Assembly: GCA_951406725.2 (NCBI GenBank)
Contig: OX597815.1
Span: forward strand, 27,528,001-27,592,000
Origin: Octopus vulgaris
Taxonomy: Eukaryota
Length of the DNA: 64,000 nt
Reading direction: 5' to 3'
Positions 54,760 to 64,000 of this stretch are shown here, one piece after another. The notes beneath the pieces are model-generated. The model saw nothing but the letters and a program-made list of their open reading frames with translations, was not told the origin of the DNA and did no database searches. Numbering within the stretch: the stretch's first letter is position 1; every line of letters starts with the position of its first letter. The position numbers and the translations under genes are program-made.

Positions 54760-55160
54760 GTAGGAGTGGCTGTGTGGTAAGTAGCTTACTTACGAACCAC
54801 ATGGTTCCGAGTTCAGTCCCACTGCGTGGCACCTTGGGCAAGTGTCTTCTACTATAACCTCGGGCCGACCAAAGCCTTGTGAGTGGATTTGGTAGACGGA
54901 AACTGAAAGAAGCCTGTCGTATATATATATATATATATGTATGTGTATATGTATATGTTTGTGTGTCTGTGTTCGTCCCCCCAACATCGCTTGACAATCG
55001 ATGGTGGTGTGTTTACGTCCCCGTAACTTAGCTGTTCGGCAAAAGAGACTGATAGAATAAGTACTAGGCTTACAAAGAATAAGTCCTGGGTTCGATTTGC
55101 TCGACTAAAAGGTGGTGCTCCAGCATGGCCACAGTCAAATGACTGGAACAAGTAAAGAGT
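54760..55160 (+). mobile_element. SINE family A, young full-length copy
   Basis: CpG retained; older copies at 42190-42750, 56205-56490 and 59677-60050. Confidence 0.9.
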
Positions 55161-55621
55161 ATGTGTATAAATGTTTACAGCCCCCTACTGTTTCAGTGTA
55201 AGAGATTAGATACTTATTATTAAAAGATGAAATTTCAGTATATTTCTAATATTTCTTCCTTGTACTACAATAGAAGTAACATTCATAACCATTGTACCTC
55301 TCTAACTTCCTGAAAAACGAAATGTAAGAGGAAGGAAGAAGTCTGATTTAATTGCCACATGTCATAAATTGAGGAAATAGAAATGTATACTAATGTTTGT
55401 TAGTATTTTGTTGGAGAATATATGATATCACTATTGAAAATATGTTTGTTTTTTGTTTTATTTTTGTTTTTTCTTCAGATAAATCTCAGTCCTGATAAGA
55501 ACTAACTATAAAACTCAGTACCAAATATTTAGGAAAGGAGAACGAAAATTTTTCAGATTCTGTTACATTTAGAAACACTAAGGAATTGAAAATGATAAAA
55601 ATTAGTGTTATTTACAATTGT

Positions 55622-56145
55622 TTAACCCCTTCTTTACCGTATTTATTTTGAGATGCTCTTTGTTTCTTTCAGTTATTTGGAATAAATAATGTGTATACCT
55701 TTCTGAAGAGTTTGCCAGCCTCGTCTGGCACCTGTGCCGGTGGCACGTAAAAAGCACCATCTGTCCATGGTCGTTTGCCAGCTCCATCTGGCGCCTGTGC
55801 CGGCGGCACGTAAAAAGCACCTGCTACACTCACGGAGTGGTTGGCGTTAGGAAGGGCATCCAGCCATAGAAACATTGCCAGATTAGACTGGGCCTAGTGC
55901 AGCCTTCTAAACGATGATGATGATGATTAATAATAATAATAATAATAATAATATATATATATATATATTATTTGAAATATAACAAAGAATTTAGTAAAAT
56001 AACTTAGTTATCATTAAGCTACTGTTAGGAACATAGATTGTGACTAAGCTTTGGTGAAAGATTTTAATTAAAAACTTATGAAAACAAGACATTTGTACTA
56101 CAGAGCCAGAGCCGGTTTTACCCAGGTTGGTAACAAAAGGGTTAA
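55622..56145. mobile_element. Second TTAA-bounded piggyBac-like MITE family, interrupted by family B
   Basis: TTAACCCCTT...GGTAACAAAAGGGTTAA; related fragment at 22070-22200. Confidence 0.7.
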
Positions 56146-59100
56146 AGATTTTGTGCATTTTCTTATCTTATTTTCTAACGATTATTATCATTATCAGTAC
56201 AAGTACGGCTTAGAAGCTTGCTTTCCAACCATTTAGTTTCAGGTTCAGTCCCACTGCATGGCACCTCGGGCAAATATCTTCTACCATAACCTTGGACCAT
56301 AGAAACTATATAGCAGCCCATTATGTGTGTGTGTGCTTGTGTGTCCCCACTACCACCACTTGAGAAACTGTGTTGATTTGCTTATGTACCAGTAACTTAG
56401 TGGTTCAGCAAAAGAAGCCAATAAAATAAATGCCAAACTTAAGTAGTGGAACTGATTATTCACAGTTCAGTGACTGAAACAAATAAAAGTTGATAGAAGC
56501 TTATCATTTGAAAGGGTGATTGATAAGCAGAATTGGACAAAACACTTTGTTGTAGTTAGTTATGACTATTTACATTCTGATTTCAAATTGCAGCAAGTAC
56601 TTAAGTACTGGGTTCTGTTTTATTGATTAATTCTCTCTCCCAAATTTGTGGTTTATGGCTTTATTGAAAATCATTATAAACTGAGCCATGTTGTGCGTTG
56701 TCAGAAGGTATAGTGATTGACCATTCATCAGTCATTACTCAGTTTTGATATAGCATTCAAAGTGATATGGCCTCTTAGGTAAAGTACTATGTATCCTCAG
56801 TTTTGCTATGCATCCTCAGTTTTGCTGAGTATCTAACAATAGGTACCACTTCCACTTGATATTCAAATGATTGCTAGTTGTAGAAAAAAAAATGTTGAAA
56901 TAATCATTCAGTGAGGACAGGAAACAAAGATTATAAAGATGTTACTGTGTGAAAGACATCTCAAGTCTTAGTGCAGTCTTACCAGAGTTGACTCATCCTT
57001 TTCATCCTGAAGATGATTGATTCATAGATAAAGTCATTCAGATTGCTGATTCAGTTTGCAACGCAGACACTAAAATCAGATCAATGCAGCATATATATAT
57101 CATTGCAAAGTGGACATTCAGGTCTACCCTAAACCAAGCTCAATTGATGCAAGTCAATAAACAACTTCAGAAGATTAAATTTCAATGGCAAGGCTGAATG
57201 CATACAAAAGATTGAAACATGTCTAGAGTTGTCACTATATGACCAATGAACAGATTCACTCTTAACTGTATTCTATTCAATTAAAATTCCTGGGTTGTCT
57301 CCCTTGCTTTTCTTGCCAGAGTTGGTCATTATGATAACGATTGATACTTTTCACTATAGCTGCAATTTTGAATAAGTGAAATGTCTTTGCTTGTTGTTTT
57401 AAATATATTAACAACCATTTCACTAATTGAGTAGATCTGTTATGTACTTGTGGAACTTCTGTCTAAATTCCAAAAGTCCCTTGTACTGTTCTGATATGAA
57501 TGGAATTTTATCAAGAATAATGGAATTGCCTATTTACCATATATCATTTACTGATTCTGTTTTTATTGTTAACCATAAACTATTGCTAAACAATGTCAGA
57601 TATTTTTTTCCTTCTTCCTCTAAATGGAAAGATATGCTTTTTTTTTTTCCTAAGATCTATAACAATGTATGTAAGGCAATGATGATTTCCTTTCTTAGAT
57701 AGTAACAGAGTTCTGCTTGGAGAGAAAGAGAGGCTTCAGTTAATTGAATGGAGCTGTGTTACTGTTTTCAGCTTAATGGACTGAGCCATTCAAATGTTTT
57801 AAGAGTATTTGCCAAGTACACAGCTTTTTATTTGTTAGTAATTAGGTATTAACTGTTTATCTTACTTGGGCAATCTTTTCTGAATCATTAAAATTCTCTG
57901 TTCATTCCGAGAGTTTGGAAAGCAATCTAAGAAATCTTGTATTTAGAGAATAAATGTTTTGCAATTTCAAGATATTATATCAGTCTTCTATAATCAAACT
58001 AACGAGATAAAAATCACAAATTGAATGGACCAAAGTTTTAAATAGTAAAACATGTTTTTGTTGTTTTTTTTCTTTCTTTTTTTTTTCTTTTTTTTTTTTT
58101 ACCTTATTTTAAAATGGTCTAACCAAACTTGGCAGATCTGCATTATAATCCTTATATTTGTCTCCAATCTGCATGCAATGGTTGAAGAGCAAGAATTTGG
58201 CACTGGTAATACTACTAACGAAGTGAGATATCTGAAAGAAAAAAAAAGCATTAGAAGTGTTGCATTGTTCATAAACACCCCCACCACCCCCAACCATGCC
58301 ATTTGTTTCTACTATTTCATTTCTTTGATTAATTTATTGGTTGGAGGTGGGGTGGGGGTGTAAGACAGGTGTGTGGTGGTGGGTGGTGGTGGAACTAACT
58401 TTGGAATGACCTAATAACCTAAATTAGTAACTAGATGGAAAAGGTTGGGCGCCGGCTGTCAGCATGACATTGACCTTGCTTTGTCTATTAACATCGTTAA
58501 GATATCTTAGTACTTGAGTTAAAGTAAATTACTCCCTCAAAAGTAAACACTTTGCTAATGACCTTTGTCTCTTCACCGAGAAGGGGGCGGGGGGGGCTTC
58601 TAACACCAGCGCTGGTCTTGGTTAGTCATTCTACTACTGCTGTTAGTTGTGGGTGGGTGTTTTTTTTTGCTTGAGGTTGCCTTCAGTAGGGTTGTGGTTA
58701 CCACCCACACACATATGTTACTGCTGAAATTAACAAGAGTGCTACCTGCCACCACCACCACCTATGCACACGTACACACACACTCCCTCCCCCCTCTCTC
58801 TCTCTCATTCTCTCAAAACATGATAGAGTTTACCCTCTTTAAGTATTGCCCAATCTGCAACAGCTGCTGCAGTTGGTACTACTACTACTACTGCTATTTC
58901 ATGTAGTATTGCCACTCATGCAACTCAAGCCATAACTATTACTATCACCCTTGCCCATCTATCTCTTGCAGAGTCTGTGCTGCTACTGTTCTTACCATCA
59001 CTACTACTACTACCACCACCACCACCACTACCAATACTACTACTACTACTACCTAAAAGTGATTACAAAAAAAAAAAAATAAATAATTAAAGTAGGTGGC

Positions 59101-60340
59101 TGAGTTCCAAAATTGCTGGCAAATTTACCATGGGAGCTGTTAAGTTTCTTGGCATCACCAACTGTGCAGGTTCAAATGGTCATTGAATCAGTTTTCTTCT
59201 TGTTAATATGTGTTATCAGGGTTGCCAAATTAGGCTACAACTAATGGATTACAACTTTTCCAAAATTTACACATTACTCTTTTGGCGGTAGTTGGGGAGG
59301 GTACTATTTGCTAGTTTAAAGATTTAATTCTTAAAGGTAAAGGATCCTACTGAATATCACCAAATTATGAACTAAGTAGACTGGAATCGGCTGGCTGGCC
59401 GGCCGGCCGGCACTTTTTCCTTTTATTTTGTGTGTGTGTGTATTGAATAAAGATCCTTTCCAAGTCATTATAGACTCATAGTGCTGGTTTCCATGGTGCA
59501 TATATTCTTACCTGGACAGGACACCAGTCCACTACAAGATTACCCACTTTTGCTAGCTAAGAGGACTGGAAAAATGTGTTGCCTGATTAAGGAAGGAATT
59601 GAAACCACAATCTTACAATGATGAGTTCAGCACCCCAACCAGTACGCCACATGTTTCCACACACGCACATATATATGGCTGTGTGGTTAAGATGTTCACT
59701 TCTCAACCACATGGTTTCAGGTTCAGTTCCATGTATGGCACCAAGGGCAGGTGCCTTCTTCTATAGCCCTAGGTTGATCAAAGCCTTGTGATTTGGTAAG
59801 TAGTTGATCAAAGCTCATCATATCTGTGTGTGTGTTGTGAAAGATGGGTGTCTTTGTGTTTTCCCACTATCACTTGACAGCTGGTGTTGGTTTGTTTATG
59901 TCCCCATAACTTAGTGGTTTGGCAAAAGAGATCAATAGAATTAGTACTAGGCTTTAAAAAAAATAAGCACTGGAGTCGATATGTTCAACTAAAACCATTC
60001 AAGACAATGCTCCATCATGGCCACAGTCAAATGGCTGAAAAAATTAAACAATACAAGATAATAGAAATGGTGGTAATCGGCTGGGCTTCAGGACAAGGAG
60101 CCAAGTCATGAACAGGAACAGTAGATTCCCATCCATCAAAATACCTGATAATTTCATAAGCTGGATTATTATCAGAGAGTTCAACTTATCTACGAATGGT
60201 CTGTGCTTGATGTTTCTCATGAACTTCCTTAAGAGTACTAGTCTAAGAGTCATTAACCAGGAGGACAGCAGATTTCCATGGGAAGAGGGATGTTGATAAG
60301 AAAAACTTCATAGTGTGTAGTATTTGTTGCTGTATATATT

Positions 60341-60567
60341 TCTTTACTGCCCACAAGGGGCTAAACATAGAGGGGACAAACAAGGACAAACCAAGGGATT
60401 AAGTTGATTATATCAACCCCAGTGCGAAACTGGTACTTTATTTATCGACCCCGAAAGGATGAAAGGCAAAGTCGACCTCGGTGGAATTTGAACTGAGAAC
60501 GTAACGACAGACAAAATACCGCTAAGCATTTCACCCGGCGCGCTAACGTTTCTGCCAGCTCGCCACC
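60341..60567 (-). mobile_element. SINE family C, young copy
   Basis: Head GGTGGCGAGCTGGCAGAA, B-box-like GTTCAAATTCC, core CCTTTCATCCTTTCGGGGTCGATAAAT resembling the Meta/MESC SINE domain (from memory). Confidence 0.85.
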
Positions 60568-61009
60568 TGTATACACCAGTGATTTTAAAGTGTATAATAC
60601 CTCAGGAAGCACCAATTCCCAATGCTTCTCAGAAAGATACATGATCTAAGATCCAAATTGATAGTCCTCCACGTGATACTGTCAAAACTCTGTCTATTCA
60701 TTCCCTGTAGTGCCTTAATTAGAGTGAATATAATTTTGCATTCTGCATATGTTATGCCAACAATTGATTGCATTATGCATTGCCTCATCACTACACTTCA
60801 CATAACGATGGAAATTGTAATTCTTCTATAGCTTCTCCAACTCTATGGAAAATCCATTCAATGATTTTCTTGGCTTTTGTCACCTAGAAGCTAGAAAGTA
60901 TCTAGCAAAGCTTAATTGAGAGATGGCTAAGTCAAAATATTCACATTCTTCTATGTACTAGAAGATGCTGGAACTCAGGCAAGCTAATAGTATCCTTTAT
61001 TTATTCAAA

Positions 61010-61404
61010 ACTAGCAGCAGCAGTATCGCCTGGCGTTGCTCGGGTTTGTTTCAACCCTTTAGAATTGGAATTTTTGAAAAATAAAAAATTTGTATTATGT
61101 AGCTTGCTATTCTCTTTAAGTGAACATTTTTCTGGTTGAAATACACTGAAAAATGGCGACACAGCAGTCAAAAAATCGTAAAAAAATAGGAATTTTCATA
61201 GAGAAAAAGCACCTTTTGGTGTAAATAATTTCTGGTGTTAACATGGTCCGATTTGAATTTTTTCTTCTACAGAAGGAAGAGCAAGCCTTCTATCATACTC
61301 TCAATTTTGGTCAACTTGCGCCGCTGGGTCTCGGAGGAGATAGTGTTAGTTGAAGGCTACCAAACCTGCCATACACAGACAACTTCAGCTTTATATATAG
61401 AGAT
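61010..61404 (+). mobile_element. Non-autonomous Helitron/Helentron-like element
   Basis: 5' ACTAGCAG...CCTGGCGTTGCTCGGG hairpin and 3' ACAGAC...TTTATATATAGAGAT; similar termini at 28833 and 29540-29679. Confidence 0.5.
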
Positions 61405-61479
61405 TTTGTCCTGGTAGTCTTCAATATATTTCACAAAGTTTATTCTTTAATGCTGATGTATACTAGAAGTATTCAGTTA

Positions 61480-62330
61480 GCTAGGGTCAGTTTTCCAAGC
61501 ATTTCCAAGCAAAGAAGATACATGGTTACCCAAACTGAAGGAAGTGCAGGAGAAGGAGAGAGAGATAAGGAGACAGCAGGATAGAGATGGTGGCATGTGC
61601 TGGGCATACTCACAAGGGACAGGGATTGGAATATAAATGGGTTGGTCAAGCAAAGGCAGAGAGAAATATAGATGGTGCAAGTGCCTTGAGGTTCGAATGT
61701 CATAATACAAGTGGCAGGATATTGCAGAAATGTGATTAAAGAGTGGGGAGGAGAAGTGAGTGTTGAAAACCTGGGTATATAGAGTGGGGGAAGCTACTGA
61801 ATAACAGTGATACAGAGAAAACAGGGCCATGAAGACAGGATTGGGGAGTGAGAGGTAGGCAGAGTACATGAAGGAGGAAATGTGAGGAAGATATGTAGAT
61901 TGGTTTGTTGGGGTAGGGTGTGTGAAAAGTTTTCTTGTTATGTATGGGTGGAACACAGATGGGGGAGAGTGGCAGATAGTAATGATATAGTGGGCCCAGT
62001 CCAAGAAGACAGGATTGGGGAGTGGGAAGTAAGCATGGTGTATGACATGAAAATCTGAGGAAGAAAAGAGATATAGTTTAGTTTGTTGTGGTAGGGTGTG
62101 TGAAAAGCTTTCTTGTAAAGTGTGGGTGGGACACACAGCGCTTTTAGAATTCAGTTTTGCTGACATAGGCAGGTCTTCTCAAGAACCTCATATCGCCAGA
62201 CATCTCAGTCCATTGTCATTTTTTTTGTGGGGCCTAACATCCTGAGATCTGTCCTTACCACTTCATTCCATATTTTCCTGGGTCTCCCTCGTCTGCAGGT
62301 ACCATCCACTTTCAGTGATCATCACTTCTT
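61480..62330 (-). mobile_element. Decayed RTE-type LINE 3' region with ~175-bp internal duplication
   Basis: 62090-62300 is similar to 16710-16920; AAGACAGGATTGGGGAGTG occurs at 61832 and 62006. Confidence 0.65.
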
Positions 62331-62341
62331 TATATATATAT

Positions 62342-62388
<47 letters not shown>

Positions 62389-62651
62389 TAAGATCAAAGG
62401 ATCTAAGTGTTGGAAGTTTGTAAGCTTCAACCCATCCATGGTAGGTATAAAAAGCAACATTCAGGAACAACAATAATTCATTTGTGTCAAAGCTTGTAGG
62501 CTTTTCCCATATCAGAGTTTGATAAGTTGAAAAAATTCTTTTATAGCTCATGATTAGCAATTTGAGTTGCTTTGAATGTGAGCAAAAATCCAAATTGAAA
62601 GAGTAAAGCAGGTAAAATCCAGGCCACATGTTTCTTTTCTAGCAGAACCTC

Positions 62652-62888
62652 TGATGTAATAATTTACTCAATGAGGGGTACTGAGCTAGCTTCTCATTAG
62701 GCCAAAGATATCTTAATTATATGAAGGTTACTTTGTCATTAATGAATCCCAAGTTAACTTACCAAAGATATAATTTGAAATTATATCTTTGGATTCCTTA
62801 ATGCCAATGTAACCTTCATGTAATTAAGATATCTTTGGCCTAACGAGTAGCTAACTGAGTACCCCTCATTGAGTAAATTATAACATTA
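62652..62888. repeat. Near-perfect ~240-bp palindrome (foldback)
   Basis: Arms pair end to end; centre CCAAAGATATAATTT-G-AAATTATATCTTTGG (62762-62792). Confidence 0.95.
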
Positions 62889-63296
62889 AAGGATCCGACC
62901 TGCTCCACTCCCTCAATTTGGATTTATATATACGAATGACCGAGACCTTTGGCATTATGCCATGCTCGTGAAGACCCATCGAGCCAAGTAAAATCATATT
63001 CGTAGCAAATACTGGTTTCATGCAAATGGTACCCATGCCAGTGGCCATTACACTCTTGAAGTGGTTGGTGTTAAGAAGGGCAGCCAGCCACAGAAACCAT
63101 GCTGAACCAGACTGGAGTCTGGTACAACCTTCCAGCTTGCCAGCCCTGGTCAAAGCGTCCAACCCATGCCAGCATGGACAAGGGACATTAAATGATGATG
63201 ATGATACATATACACATATACAATTAGTAAAAGTTAGTGATTTAAGAACCAAGAGTTTCATTCATACTACTTATATATATATATATATATATATAT

Positions 63297-64000
63297 GAAA
63301 ATCAAATCAAGTCTTCACGGTGGCACATAAAAACACCATCCGAAGACCCGGCGACGTAGTCAGTCCACCTGTGCATACCTTCCCTCTTATGACACTTGTG
63401 AAGACCTGTTGAGGCAAGTGTGTGACACTTGTGTAGACCTGTTGAGGCAAGTGAAAATCAAAAATCAAAATCAAATCAAATCAAATCAAACCAAATCAAA
63501 ATAGATGAACATCAATGGAATTTGTATCTTTGTGGTACCAGTACCGGTGGCACACAAGAAAACCATCCAAACGTGGCCGTAGCCAGTACCGCATCGACTG
63601 GCCTCCGTGCTGTGGGCACATAACAAACACCATCCGATCGTGGCCGTCCGCCAGCCTCATCTGGCACCTGTGTCGGTGGCACATAAAAACACCAACCGAA
63701 GACCCGGCAAGACTAGTCAGGCCATAACCCATGGCCCCTACTTGGGACGTAGTCAGTCCACCTGTGCATACCTTCCTTCCTTCTTGTGACACTTGTGAAG
63801 ACCTGTTGAGGCAAGTGAAAATCAAATCAAATCCAATCAAAATAGATGAACATCAATGGAATTTGTATCTTGTGGTACCAGTGCCGGTGGCACACAAGAA
63901 AACCATCCGAACGTGGCCGTAGCCAGTACCGCATCGACTGGCCTCCGTGCTGTGGGCACGCAACAAACACCATCCGATCGTGGCCGTTCGCCAGCCTCAT
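63297..64000 (+). repeat. Tandem duplication (~340-bp period) of family B-related upstream sequence
   Basis: ATAGATGAACATCAATGG at 63501 and 63842; (AAATC)n spacers; runs off the window edge. Confidence 0.9.

Noticed and set aside
61477-62166. 229-aa ORF as a cellular gene
   Set aside because: Low-complexity composition, internal duplication and similarity to the LINE 3' region.

Overview
AT-rich eukaryotic genomic DNA, dense in microsatellites and transposons. The SINE and MITE families look like those of octopus (coleoid cephalopod) genomes; this is an inference from memory, not a database result. No intact cellular CDS is recognisable, and nearly all listed ORFs are translations of simple repeats or SINEs. 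The window is most likely the 5' end plus very long introns of a + strand gene (candidate exons at ~4.3, 6.2-6.7 and 35.8 kb, low confidence). Supported content: a decayed full-length mariner, RTE- and CR1/L2-type LINE fragments, a Penelope-like GIY-YIG fragment, four SINE-like families, several MITE families, Helitron-like elements and two long foldback palindromes. Highlights: (1) type I hammerhead ribozyme motifs of the Penelope kind, one with an intact catalytic core at 18197-18285 (-), plus a related copy whose 5' end falls at the predicted self-cleavage site; (2) a 29.6-39.5 kb zone of exact and mosaic duplications, all offset ~1.75-1.9 kb, which is probably a consensus-polishing artefact. 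Repeat boundaries were read by eye and are approximate.
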